The notes below the pieces were generated by a model that ran no database searches, was not told the origin of the DNA, and was given only the letters and a program-made list of their open reading frames with translations. Positions 38,421-52,679 of a DNA stretch of 64,000 nt are shown in pieces; within the stretch, counting starts at the first letter, position 1, and each line of letters starts with the position of its first letter. Origin of the DNA: Octopus bimaculoides (taxonomy: Eukaryota); contig NC_068984.1 of the NCBI RefSeq assembly GCF_001194135.2, positions 11,525,022 to 11,589,021 of the forward strand, written 5' to 3'. Position numbers and translations under genes: made by a program.

Positions 38421-39406
38421 GGTGGTGATGATGGTGATGATGATGATGATGACGATGACGATGATGATGATGATGACGATATATATANNNNNNNNNNNNN
38501 NNNNNNNNNNNNNNNNNNNNNNNNNNNNNNNNNNNNNNNNNNNNNNNNNNNNNNNNNNNNNNNNNNNNNNNNNNNNNNNNNNNNNNNNNNNNNNNNNNNN
38601 NNNNNNNNNNNNNNNNNNNNNNNNNNNNNNNNNNNNNNNNNNNNNNNNNNNNNNNNNNNNNNNNNNNNNNNNNNNNNNNNNNNNNNNNNNNNNNNNNNNN
38701 NNNNNNNNNNNNNNNNNNNNNNNNNNNNNNNNNNNNNNNNNNNNNNNNNNNNNNNNNNNNNNNNNNNNNNNNNNNNNNNNNNNNNNNNNNNNNNNNNNNN
38801 NNNNNNNNNNNNNNNNNNNNNNNNNNNNNNNNNNNNNNNNNNNNNNNNNNNNNNNNNNNNNNNNNNNNNNNNNNNNNNNNNNNNNNNNNNNNNNNNNNNN
38901 NNNNNNNNNNNNNNNNNNNNNNNNNNNNNNNNNNNNNNNNNNNNNNNNNNNNNNNNNNNNNNNNNNNNNNNNNNNNNNNNNNNNNNNNNNNNNNNNNNNN
39001 NNNNNNNNNNNNNNNNNNNNNNNNNNNNNNNNNNNNNNNNNNNNNNNNNNNNNNNNNNNNNNNNNNNNNNNNNNNNNNNNNNNNNNNNNNNNNNNNNNNN
39101 NNNNNNNNNNNNNNNNNNNNNNNNNNNNNNNNNNNNNNNNNNNNNNNNNNNNNNNNNNNNNNNNNNNNNNNNNNNNNNNNNNNNNNNNNNNNNNNNNNNN
39201 NNNNNNNNNNNNNNNNNNNNNNNNNNNNNNNNNNNNNNNNNNNNNNNNNNNNNNNNNNNNNNNNNNNNNNNNNNNNNNNNNNNNNNNNNNNNNNNNNNNN
39301 NNNNNNNNNNNNNNNNNNNNNNNNNNNNNNNNNNNNNNNNNNNNNNNNNNNNNNNNNNNNNNNATGGTGATGATGATGATGATGATGATGACGACGACGA
39401 TGATGA

Positions 39407-39440
<34 letters not shown>

Positions 39441-39445
39441 GATGG

Positions 39446-39492
<47 letters not shown>

Positions 39493-40139
39493 GTGATGAT
39501 AACTAACAAGTGTTTTAATGGTTGTTGTCATGGCGGTGGCAATGAGGTTAATGGTGGTGGCAGTACTGTTACTGCTGGCATTAGTGGTGGTGATGATGAT
39601 GGTTGTCATGGAGATGTTGATGGTGGCAGATGTAGCGCTGGTTGTTAAACTCAGGATTATGATGGTGGTGGCAATGGTGGTGATAAGGGTGACAGTGTTT
39701 GCATAGTGATAATGATGTTGAAGATGATACTGATGAGGATGAGGCGGTGTTAGAGGTGGAGGTGGTCGTGGTGGGGGTGTCACATTAATGTTAGTAGTGG
39801 TGGTTACAGTGATCATGGAGTTGCTATTGTTGTTACTGCTGTTATTGCTGTTGCTGTTGTTGTTGTAGTTGTGGTGGTGGTAGTGGTGGTGGTAGTGGTA
39901 ATGCTGGTAGCAATATGGTGATGCTGGTGGTGATGATGATGGTGGAGGGGTTAGTGGTAGTTGTCCTAGTTGTGGTTTTGGTGATGACAGCGCCACTGCT
40001 ACTGCTGTTGATGATTATGATGATGATGATGATGATGAGGATGATGATGAGGAGGAGGAGGAGGAGATGATGATGATGATGAGGACGATGATGACAACGA
40101 CGACGACGATGATGATGACGATGATGATGAGGAGGAGGA

Positions 40140-40171
<32 letters not shown>

Positions 40172-40530
40172 CGACGACGATGACGATGATGAGGAGGAGG
40201 AGATGATGATGATGATGATGATGATNNNNNNNNNNNNNNNNNNNNNNNNNNNNNNNNNNNNNNNNNNNNNNNNNNNNNNNNNNNNNNNNNNNNNNNNNNN
40301 NNNNNNNNNNNNNNNNNNNNNNNNNNNNNNNNNNNNNNNNNNNNNNNNNNNNNNNNNNNNNNNNNNNNNNNNNNNNNNNNNNNNNNNNNNNNNNNNNNNN
40401 NNNNNNNNNNNNNNNNNNNNNNNNNNNNNNNNNNNNNNNNNNNNNNNNNNNNNNNNNNNNNNNNNNNNNNNNNNNNNNNNNNNNNNNNNNNNNNNNNNNN
40501 NNNAGGAGGAGGAGGAGGAGGAGGAGGGCT
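37996..40530. repeat. Compound (GAT)n/(GGT)n/(GAG)n trinucleotide array with gaps
   Basis: Direct inspection. Two N gaps lie inside it. Confidence 0.95.
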
Positions 40531-40863
40531 TTCAGTCATGTACTGAGCAATTCAACCCACGTAGGAGTTTGTGGCATGATGCTGGTTTGAGACAGCATCA
40601 TTATTATTATTGTTTATATATTTATCATTATCGAGCTGGCAGAATCATTAGCATGCTGGGCAAGATGCTTTCGTTCTAAGTTCAAATTCTGCCGAGGTCG
40701 ACTTTGCCTTTCATCCTTTCAGGGTCAATAAATTAAGTACCAGTCGCATACTGGGGTTGATATAATCGACTAATCCCCTCCCTCCAAATTGCTACCCTTG
40801 TGGCAAAATTTGAAACCATTATTATTATTATTATTATATCATGCCATTTATTATTATATTTTG

Positions 40864-41190
40864 TGAAGGCATGTGGCTTAATGGTTAGAAAAGTTGACTC
40901 ACAACCGTAAGGTCATGAGTTCAATTCCTGGCAGCACATTACGACCTTGGGTAAGACATTTTATTCCACATTGCTCCAGTCCACTCAGCTGGCAAAAATG
41001 AGTTGTACTTGTAATTCCAAAAGGCCAGCCTTGTCACATTCTGTGTCACACTGGATCTGCCTGAGAACTATGTTAAGGGTACACATGTCTGTGGAGTACT
41101 CAGCCACTTGCACATTAATTTCATGAGCAGACTATTCCATTACTTGGATCAACTAGAATGCTCATTATTGTAACCAACAGAATGCCAGTA
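40864..41190 (+). mobile_element. tRNA-derived SINE (GTGAAGGCATGTGGCTTAATGG head)
   Basis: A/B boxes plus a conserved body CTGAGAACTATGTTAAGGGTACAC...CCACTTGCACATTAATTTC. Related copies at about 6290-6485, 11470-11670, 17098-17250, 20060-20350 and 46170-46680. Confidence 0.75.
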
Positions 41191-44100
41191 TTACCATATT
41201 ATTATATCATATCATATATTCATCATCATCATCATCATTTAACATCTGTTTTCCATGCTGGCATGGGTTGGATGGTTTGATTGAAAACTGGCAAGCCTAT
41301 CATTTGTTATATTATTATCATCGTCATCATCATGATATTATATCTCATCATTTTTTTTTTTGTTATATTATTAAGTCATTATGATCTGTGGGTTTTAAGG
41401 GGTTTCAGATATTTTTTTAACATCAGCCCCTCCCCTCTCCCCTCCCCAGTTGATCAAGTTCCAGTTTGCATCTCAGCTGCAACAAGTCACATGTCTGCCC
41501 TCTTTGACATGTGAGAGCGGCTCACAAAGGACTTGGTAAGTGATTGGTAAGTGATGTCAAGACACCCTCAGCCTTCTTGGCAATTTCAGCAATGTGTTTC
41601 ATAAGTCAACTCTACTTCCACAATACACAAAATATTTTAACAATTTTTTTGTACAATTCCTTATAATACTTAATTATAAAAATATAACAGGATTCTTTAA
41701 ACATCAAATTACTATGAGAGTCCACCCAAGTAAAATAAGAATGAAAGGGGTCCATAGATAAAAACTGGTTGAGAGCAACTGGTGTAGGTGCATGACAAAC
41801 ATTGTTGCACAATGACTAAATCAACCACAGACAAAGTAGACAACTCATAATATAAAAAAAGAATATTTTGTAATCATTTGATGCAGCAAAGTCTCAAAGA
41901 AAACAAACTTCTTTATTATTAGAAAAGATAGAGTAACTGTGAAAACGAGGCCTAAATTAGGTCATGACCTTGATTTACTTGGAGGTTACTTACCCTATGG
42001 CAATCATCTTATTATATGCTGCTATTGTTAATTATATGTAATTTTTAAAAATCTTTCCTCCCATGACAAGCTATCTTTCTTATTGCTGAACAAAGACATT
42101 AAATTGAACTGATTCAAGAAGGAGAAAATTCGTTTAGTGATACAATACAAGCATAGAGATATCGGTCTCAAATTTTGGCACAAGGCCAGCAAGTTCATGA
42201 GTGTGGGTAAATTGATGATATCAGCTCCAGTGCTCAACTGGTACTTATTTCATCGATCCCCAAAAGAATGAAAGGCCAAGTTGACCTCAGTGGAATTTGA
42301 GCTCATCATCATCATCATCGTTTAATGTCTGTTTTCCATGCTGGCATGGGCTGGATGGTTTCACTGAGCTCTGGAGAGCCAGCGGCTGCACCAGGCTCTA
42401 ATCCAATCTGGCAATGCGTCTACAGCTTCATGCCCTTCCTAGTGCCAACCACTCCAAGAGTGTAGTGCATGCTTTTTACATGCTACCAGTACAGGAGCCA
42501 GTCAGACAGGCCTGGCATTGATCATGTTCAGAAAGTGCTTTTTACGTGCCACTGGCATGGGGGTCAGTCATGGGTTACTGGCATTGGCCATGCCACTAAG
42601 CATTTTGTCCAGCCTTCTAATGATTCGGCCAGTTCACCACTTTATTAGGGTAGAGATATTAAAATGAAACTTGCTAACTTATAGTTCAAATTTACAAGTT
42701 AGCTGAAGTTAGCTTAATATTTCACTTCACCAGAGTTGATAAAATGTACATCAATGCCCCTTTTGAAGTAAATAATTAAAGCTCAGATGAGCCTTAATAT
42801 ACCGGAAGTTGCTTCCTTACATTTCATAAGCTGCTTCAACCAAAGCTAACTGGATTGTCCATCAACAACTTCTTAACTAGGCCAGAAGCCACTTTGTCCT
42901 AAAATACCACACTGAAATGTCAATTAAACATATTTATAATTCAGATGTAAAACCACGACGATAAGATCAATGTGATTTATTCTGATATTATTTAAAGCTA
43001 CATTTTCCTTTCTGACTCACCATTATCTTTCCATTTACATTTTGGATTCCTTGCATTAAGACATCTAATTCCAGAAGAGAACATAGTATCTGTAATGCAG
43101 TTCAGATTTCCTCCCATAAATATTTTATTAGTAAATTTCTGTTCTCATTTCTTTATGCTGATATCTGAAACATAATGCACCAGATTTTCTTCAGTTTTTG
43201 AAAACTGTATATAAAACATTTGTAGTTTATCAACAGAACATTCAAAGAAACTTGTCTTAAAATTATCGTAAGTTCAATTATTTCAAATATATTTATTTAC
43301 TCTGCAATTATACTCATTTTTAACTGAGATTATTAAAAATATCATTAATCTGATTTTTATTAGTGTTTAGAAAACAACTTGGTAATCATTCTTTTTTATT
43401 AACTGATGATGATGATGGTGATGATAACATTAACTTAATATTAATCAATTAATCCTTTTCAGACAGTGTCTAAAGCTGCTTTCTTTATTAAGTTTACGAA
43501 AAAGGAGAAAAAGAGAAAATGTTAACTGAAGATTTGCTAATTAAATCCCTGAAAATTCTCATCTGTTATTCATTACCGCATGAGGAAAATATTTTGAAAT
43601 AGAGCTTTACAAAAACTATGAAAAGGTTGTGCATTTATTTATTTATTTGTCTATTTATTTATTTATTCCTCTTAATTAGAAAAGCAAAGAAAAGAAGTCT
43701 ATGCCTACAATATTTGTAGCTTTTCCTGTACAGTGAAGTCAATACAAGGCTAAATTTCTGTTTGTTGATGCCTGTAAGTGAAAAACGGATTTCAGAAGGC
43801 TGGAAGAAGGTTACTCAAGTTGTTTCTGAAATATCATGGCTTAATAATATTCAAAAACTATTTTAATCCATTGTTTATAAAAGGAGTCCTCTAGCGTTTC
43901 TGCTACTTTCCCATTCTTACATTATAATGTAAAATGTCTCCAAAGTCTAGAAGGATTTATCTTGTCTCTTGACATTTAAATGAATGGTCTCTCGATTCCA
44001 ACCCTTCTCTCTCTCTGGACAGGGTAACAGTATCCCTCAGCCCACACCCAGGTGATGTTGCCAGCTGAACTGATGACTATTCTTGGCATGTAAATAAATC

Positions 44101-47007
44101 AGTGATAACAGAGGAATGATGTTCAGTGATGTGTGAGATCTTGGAAAATAATTGACTCAGTCTGGTTATCAAAGCCTGATAGTAACTGTAATGGCAGCAA
44201 AATAAACAGTCTGCCCTTGGCCCCCAAACACTAACCTCAATTGTGCATCATCAATGATAAATGCAGAAGAACAGTAAATGTCACACTCTGACCAAATCCA
44301 CCCAACCAACTGCTACTGTGGCTACTACTAGAATTGAAAGGACATACTGAAATGATTGGACAGTGGTGAAAGTATGACAAATGTAGACTGTAATATTGTG
44401 TCTCATATAAAAATAACCACTGCATGTCAGAGGGTGCAGTATGGTTCTCAGTTAGGTGAAGGCATGGCATGTTTAGAACAATAGGTTAGTGGGTCACATC
44501 TAGTTGTTTGGTCATAGTTCTGCTCAACCAGAATTGATACACAGCAACAATGCATAGTTAATGCAGTTAGTGACAGAGATAAATCCAAGTGCTTTTTGCA
44601 AACAAATGGACCACCGCCACCACCACCACCACCGCCACCATCACCACCACCACCACTGTTTTAAATAGTGTATCAGTAAGCATATTTTTTATTTTATGAT
44701 TTTAATACTTCCAAAAGCAATTACAGCTTCTGGAGGAAAAGGGAGATTTGCTACATTTTATTAAGAGTTTGCTGTAATAACCTTGTAATGAGTTTCAGTT
44801 TAGTGTCTGGCTCCAGATCTCAGATTGCTGTGGTTGTTCAGGCAGTGGAAATGGAGTCTTTATAAGACATGACCACTTCAGCAGACCATCATCAAGAGAA
44901 CAAACGTCTGCATTGTCATTATGTGGGATAATTGGTATTGGTACCTGTATGGAATATCCAACAGTTCCGTATTTGCTTTGTGAAACACCTGGAATACTTG
45001 ATCGCTTATATGCTTACCTTAAATCAAGCTTTTGTCAGGCAAGTCTTAAAAATAATCTTCACAATTTTCCAGATGATAAAAGACGAAGGTGGACATCATT
45101 TTTCTTCAACTTCATATGGGAAACAAACCAAAAATGGTTGTGAAAAAAATTGGCACTGACTTATTTACTTACCAAAGAACAAACATTGGTTTCTTTTGCT
45201 TGTTGGAGTTTTCTTTTTCTTTTCTTTTTTTTTTAAGTTTTACAAATCAGTTAAATGGTAAGAATGATCCAAAATCTGGTAGCAAGACATTGTTAAAGGT
45301 ACATACAAAGGCATAGAATAATAACCCCCACCTATCCCAAAAAAACAGACAAAAATCTTTTCCTTACCATATTTCTTTTGGTCAATAACAGAACTTTCAT
45401 AATTGTCTTGTAACAGTGGAAAGGAAAGAGATAGAAAAAATTAGGAAGATTCTAATCCATATTATAGATGTAATTCTTTATTTGAGGGAACAAGGACTGG
45501 TATTCTGTATTTGTTGTGAGTATCAAGGTTTAATACCACCAGGGACAAACAAGGCAATTTTATTTAAACTAAATTATTTAATGAGAAATAATACATTACA
45601 TGAATAACATTTTTTGCTGAATTATCAAAATGCGACATATTTCAACCCTGACATACAAAATTATCTGATACAGTTCTTATCAACCCAAATCAAGGTGGCT
45701 AAGTACTTTTAAATAATTGTTGACTCTACTATTGATATCAGCAGAATCAATCAATTTTCTTTATCCTTATGATATGTAACAATAAATGGTGATACAGTGA
45801 AATGATGTATATAATTCAGCGAATTACCCAGAACAATGACTGAAGATTCCTTTCAATATTCTTCTTCCAGTAATCAAAACATTAGGGTATCAATAACTAT
45901 GCACTATGGACAGTTTCCCAATGAAGCAAGTGCCATGTTGAGCAAACTACCTGGCCTCCAAACAAATGATAGGGAAGTTATGCCAAACACATTCTTTATA
46001 CAGCAGTATAAACAATTTAAATTTGGTTCTAATTGATACAGTAAGCTCCAGTATTCAGATCAAGTTGTTTCCTTTTTTATTCAACTCTAGAAAGTGCCTT
46101 TACACTTTATTTTACTGTCTGTTCACCTCTCTTGTCTTTCAGTATGAGATGGATACTACAATCATATCAGATAAAGGTAAAGGTGAAGTTACCTTCTCGA
46201 GTCATGTCGACAAATAAGGGCTAGATTCCTGGTTTTCATGGCATAGAAATTCCCCTGCTCCAGGTGGAATGCCAGTTCATAGCAGCATTAGTCCTTTTTG
46301 CCAGCTGAGTGAACTGGAGCAAAGTGAAATGAAGTGTTTTGCTCAAGAACACAACGGGTCGCCCAGTCCAGGAATTGAAATCACAATCTTACAATCATGA
46401 GTCCAACACCCTATATAAATAGAAAAAATAAATGTTTCCTTCCCAAACCATGCAGACTCACGAGGGCCAGTTTCCGGTTTCAATGGTGTATATATTCCCT
46501 ACCTGGATAGGATGCCGATCTGTCACAGGATTACTCATTTTAGCCAGCCGAGTGGGCTGGAGCAATGTGAAATGAAGTGTTTTGCTCAAGAGCACAATGC
46601 ATCGCCCAGTCCAGGAATTGAAACCACAATCTTATGATCATGAGTCCAACACATTAACCACTAAGCCATGTGCCTCCACTAATTGCATCCGATCTTTTGT
46701 ACTGATTCAAAATAAACTTTGTGAAACAAGAAAAATGTCAAGAAAGGGATCAGCTGAAGTAGCATAGCATAATTTATCAAGACTAATCGATGCTCTATAA
46801 ACAATTCTGGATGATGAAATAAAAAAAAATGTAACCCTAGATAAATGGCTGCCATAAAAGGTAGGTAAGTAGCTTGCTTACCAGCCACATGGTTCCAGGT
46901 TCAGTGCCACTGCATAGCACCTTGGGCAAGTGTCTTCTACTATAGCCTCGGGCCGACCAAAGCCTTGTGAGTGGATTTGGTAGACGGAAACTGAAAGAAG
47001 CCCGTCG

Positions 47008-47040
<33 letters not shown>

Positions 47041-49264
47041 ATATGTTTGTGTCTGTGCTTGTCCCCCCAACATCGCTTGGTAACCGATGCTGTTGTGTTT
47101 ACATATATATATATATCATCAAATCATCATCATCATCATTATCATCATTTAATGTCCATTTCTCATGTTGGCATGGTTAGGATGGTTTGACAGGCTCTGT
47201 GAATCTAATGTGTCCATCATTTTTTTCCTTTAGAAAATTTCTCACAAATTGTCTAAATTTCAGAAATTTAATTGTGAGAATCAACCACAGCTTTCTGCAA
47301 ATTAAGCATGAAATTTGATGGTAATTTGTATAAAGAAAACATTATTTTGAACACACACACACACAAACACACGCACACGTATGCACAAATGTGCACACAC
47401 ACACGCATGCACACTCACATACATGTATTCTAAAGTTGAAAATAATTTGGACTGGAAAATGAAAAACTATGCAGTGAAATATCAATTTATTCTCAAATAG
47501 AATTTGTTGAACAAAAAATCAAATTCTTAGAATTTTGTTCTAATTTATTTTTGATTTCAGAACCCAATGGCGATTGTGAAAGAGCTTGGTTTCTTTGGTT
47601 GAAACTCAATGATTAGACAAAAGAATAACTGGATGTTTTGACTATCATTGCTATTGTTTTATATATTTTTAATTTCAAGGACATAAAATTGTCTGAAATT
47701 CAATAAAATCATTAAAAATGAAAAAAAACTATTGGAACAACAACAAAAAAATCCAATTACTTGTAAACTATGATTTTAAACATTTCAATTTCTTTTTTCA
47801 GTAAATAATTTAATAAAGTACACTAACATTTTATTTTCATGCATAAAAGGCATATGTTGTGGTTGGAATGTGTGTTTGAGCAAGTAAACTAAAATTTTTT
47901 CTTGTCCCAGTTGGGCATTTGAAAATAAAGTCACCCTAGTAGTAACAGACAGAAAAAGAAGTACATAAAATGCCAGAAAGTGAGGAATGTTTTTTTTTTT
48001 AACTGATAAACACCCATCCAACAACAACTAAACCAAAAGCACCCACCATGAGTTGACCCACTCATCATCATCGTTTAACGTCCGCTTTCCATGCTAGCAT
48101 GGGTTNNNNNNNNNNAGGCTCCAATCTGCTTTGGCAGAGTTTCTACAGGTGGATGCCCTTCCTAACGCCAACCACTCCAAGAGTATAGTAGGTGCTTTTA
48201 CGTATCACCGGCACGAAGGCCAGTCAGGTGGTACTGGCAATGGCCATCTGCAAATTCATTCAAATCTCATTTATATTTCCAATATTGATGCAGTGATAGA
48301 AGAAGTAGATCAATGGTGCTAATTAAGTAAAATCAGTGAATTGATTATGTAGTTGTACTTGTTTAGCAAATCACTTGATCTGATATCAGATGTTTAAACT
48401 AAAACTAACTGTGGAACAATCATACTAGCCATTTAAAACTATTTATGGTTATATTCATTTTTGGTCTTTTTTTGTGATAATCTTTGGTATATTTTGTTAT
48501 CATAATGTACTATAAAGCATCACAAATTAGTCACTAAAGCAATTCCATATACAAAAACAAAATATTATATACTCTTGCCCTTGTAGCAGAGATTCAATTT
48601 AATTTGAGATTGTGTTAGCTCAGTAATGAGAAATTGGTCTCAGCATATCAGGGGATCTTGGCTTAATTGTTAGCTAAAGGCATTTTAGTTGCAATAATTT
48701 GCTTGCACAATATTAAGTGAAAATTTCCAGTGTTTGCTGCCATTTCCTGCCAAAACATGACAATAAATTGTGATGCATACCACAATCAACCAGAGAAGAG
48801 ACGCAGCGACATAGCCAGAGGCAGCAGATATCCGTGAAAAGACAGGTTGCTCAGTCATTGCTTGACTCTAGGTTAACAGATTAAAAGGAATAATCTGTCT
48901 ACAATGAACACAGCATTTTCCCATGTCTTACAGCACAAAGATAAAGCTGGTTTTTTTTCTAGCTTGTTTGTATTGGCATAATTCACTGCTGCTAATCACT
49001 GATACAGCCTCCGGCAACTAAGCTATTGTACTCATTGTAATGTTTATGTATAAATAAATGGTTTCATTGAAAACTGCAAATGGACTTGGTTTTAATGAGT
49101 AAAACATGCAGCCTTAACCAGCCTAAAACAGTTTTACCAACAATTCAGCACATTTAACCAAACCTCCACATTCCCAATGAGTAGAGTCAAAAATTATGTG
49201 GAGTACTAAAAAAAATGACAATTTCTATGGATGTATGTTTTAAGCCTAGTAGATAATAAATCTG

Positions 49265-49305
<41 letters not shown>

Positions 49306-50152
49306 AGTCTCACCCTCAGTTTGTGTAATTTTTCAGTTTTAATTTTCTTTTGAAAATTATTGTCAGATTTTTGTTTCAAACACCCGAGATAATGATTCTT
49401 TAAATATATGCATAATATAAATCTGAAAAAAATTTTCGAAAATACATCAAATCTGAAAACAATGCTTAAAATAACTACAGCCAAAGAAATTACAGGTATT
49501 GACATGCTTTACAATTTCTGACTCTATACTTAACACACGCCAAGCATTATTTTGACGATAAAGTTATATCTTTCTCTATCTTTCACTTGTTTCAGTTATT
49601 AGACTATGGCACCACCTTGAAGAATTTTAGGCCTGATTTTTATTCTATCATTCTCTATTGCCAAACCGCTTAGTTATGCAGACACACCAACACTGATTGT
49701 CAAGCAGTGGTAGAACACACACACAAACAAGACAGGCTTCTTTCAGTTTCCATCTACTAAATCCACTCATAAAGCTTTGGTTAACCCAAGGCTATAGTAG
49801 ATGTTTGCCAAAAGTGTAATGCAATGAGACTGAACCTAGAACCACCAGGTTGTTTGGGCTGACAAAGCAAGAAATCATGCGTGTTAGCTATTAAAAAAAA
49901 AAAAGGGCCTCTTGGATGGAAGTGGACTACCTTGTATATGGAATCTACCAAACTATCCTTGATAGATATATATTTTATGAGAAAACAATAAAGAAATAAT
50001 GCGGCAAGCATAAGATGTTAAGAGAAAATTAATTCCTTATATATATTCAGGTAAATCACTTATCTACAGAGGAACTTCTCAGTAGCGAAGGTAGGGGTAG
50101 GTGTCAAGAGGCCTCCACCCTGGGCAATTCTGTCTAATGTATCTGCCTGTGT

Positions 50153-51547
50153 TAGGGCTCGAAACCGGTTTTATATTATGATCAGTAAAACCGAAACGGA
50201 TTTGCCAAAACTGATTTTAATGCTTGTTGTTTCTATTTTTTTTTTTTCGCAAAACATTTCTTCATTTTTTTCTTTTGAAGAAATATCGTTGAAACTGAAC
50301 TAACTGAACTGTTGTCGGTCGCCTTTAGTTGTGAGTGCAGTCTGTTTCATTGAAACATATCACAACATATCAATTCTCACCTTCTCTCCCTTTGAACCTT
50401 AGATCAGCACCTTGTCATTTCCTTTGCTAACCCCTGGCTGACTCTTTGAATTTGGAGGTANNNNNNNNNNNNNNNNNNNNNNNNNNNNNNNNNNNNNNNN
50501 NNNNNNNNNNNNNNNNNNNNNNNNNNNNNNNNNNNNNNNNNNNNNNNNNNNNNNNNNNNNNNNNNNNNNNNNNNNNNNNNNNNNNNNNNNNNNNNNNNNN
50601 NNNNNNNNNNNNNNNNNNNNNNNNNNNNNNNNNNNNNNNNNNNNNNNNNNNNNNNNNNNNNNNNNNNNNNNNNNNNNNNNNNNNNNNNNNNNNNNNNNNN
50701 NNNNNNNNNNNNNNNNNNNNNNNNNNNNNNNNNNNNNNNNNNNNNNNNNNNNNNNNNNNNNNNNNNNNNNNNNNNNNNNNNNNNNNNNNNNNNNNNNNNN
50801 NNNNNNNNNNNNNNNNNNNNNNNNNNNNNNNNNNNNNNNNNNNNNNNNNNNNNNNNNNNNNNNNNNNNNNNNNNNNNNNNNNNNNNNNNNNNNNNNNNNN
50901 NNNNNNNNNNNNNNNNNNNNNNNNNNNNNNAAATTACAACCAACATCTGCAAACGGAGTCAGGAATATGGTAATGAATTATTACATAACCAAGAAAGAAG
51001 AACTTATTCATTATTTCGAAAAAGAAGTAGCGCTGGGGATTCGCTACTCATTGACATTGGATGAATACACATCAATTCAAAATAAACGATATATGAACAT
51101 AAATGTTCATGGGAAAGACTATCATTGGTCGTTGGGTCTTATTGAGATCCACGGCTCCCTTAATAGCAGGAGAACACTGAATGCATTGTGTTTTTTAAAA
51201 GATTATTTTCGAAGGAAAGTGAATCATCAAGCAAGTCAAGAAACTTGACTGATTCTCAAAGATACAACGACTTGGAAAAACGTTGCATTCCTGATTAAAT
51301 AAATATAATACCATTATTTTTTGTTATTGTTTGTACATAGATACAGATACAGGCACCACCAACATATTTGTGGATATCAGTCAAACTGTTACTTTCTCTC
51401 TTTCTCTGTGTATGTATATAAACAAAATACAATATATGACAAACTTCTTCGTTACAGGGACACCGCTCTAAATCCACGAAAACCGGTTTTGAGAATTACT
51501 TGTACTTAAACTTGGTTTTGGGAATTATCGGTTTTGTGCGAGCCCTA
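50153..51547 (+). mobile_element. Internally deleted hAT transposon
   Basis: TIR TAGGGCTCG / CGAGCCCTA, subterminal AAACCG repeats, and transposase fragment RYSLTLDEYTSIQNKRYMNINVH...SLGLIEIHGS (50931-51190). Confidence 0.8.
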
Positions 51548-52679
51548 GTGTAGACTTGGGGACTAGGAGAATGGTGGCACACACTCGAACTATGCCATTG
51601 GAAGTATTTACGCTCTTCTCTATATTTTATAGATTATTCTTTCTCTGCAAATTTAATGTCTTTCGCATTTGTATTATATTACATTTATTCTAGATTCAGT
51701 TTGTAGTTTCTTTTGAGTTTAGCACATGAAGGATCGTCCGACTAGTTCCACACTGGTACTGAAAACTATATACTGTTCAGTACTGAACTATACTTATATT
51801 GGATATATATTATGTTGTAGTGGTGAAAGTCAGCTGCAACAGTTAATGAAGGAAGGTTAAAATAATGAAGGTGCTTTGTTTAATTTAAATAATAATTTGA
51901 AGAATGTGTGGTGGCGAGCTGCCAGAATCGTTAGCACACCGGGCGAAATGCTTACTGGTATTTCGTCTGCCGTTACGTTCTAAGTTCAAATTCCACTGAG
52001 GTCGACTTTACCTTTCATCCTTTCGGGGTCGATAAATTAAGTACCAGTTACGCACTGGCGTCGATGTAATCGACTTAATCCGTTTGTCTGTCCTTGTTTA
52101 GCCTCTTGTGGGCAATAAAGAAATAGGAATCATTAGCACGCCGGGCGGAATGCTTAGCGACATTTCGTCNNNNNNNNNNNNNNNNNNNNNNNNNNNNNNN
52201 NNNNNNNNNNNNNNNNNNNNNNNNNNNNNNNNNNNNNNNNNNNNNNNNNNNNNNNNNNNNNNNNNNNNNNNNNNNNNNNNNNNNNNNNNNNNNNNNNNNN
52301 NNGAAGTTACAAAATGAAAATAGTTAATAATTAAAATATGCTAATTTTCTTGCTACTTGAGGACATGAAATGAGTCAAGACCTTTGAATGAACGAAAAGA
52401 CTTAATAACGAAAAGTTTGTTTACTTAATTATTATGGCATTATAAGAGGATTTAACAGGACAATGTAGTTCTCGATAAACTAGAATAAGGCAGGGAGCTG
52501 GCTGAATCGTTAGCATGCCTAGCGATATTTCTTCCGACTTTGCCTTCTGAGTTCAAATTCTACCGAGGTCGATTTTGCTTTTCAACCTTTCGTGGGTCGA
52601 TAAAATAAGTACCAGTTGCGGACTGGAGTCGATGTAATCGACTTGTCCCGCCCCCAAAACTTCAAGCATTGTGCCTATA

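Noticed and set aside
37996-39996. 666 aa poly-His/Pro ORF and overlapping poly-Met/Val ORFs
   Set aside because: Products of trinucleotide microsatellite plus N gaps. Open in several frames, with no splice or homology support.
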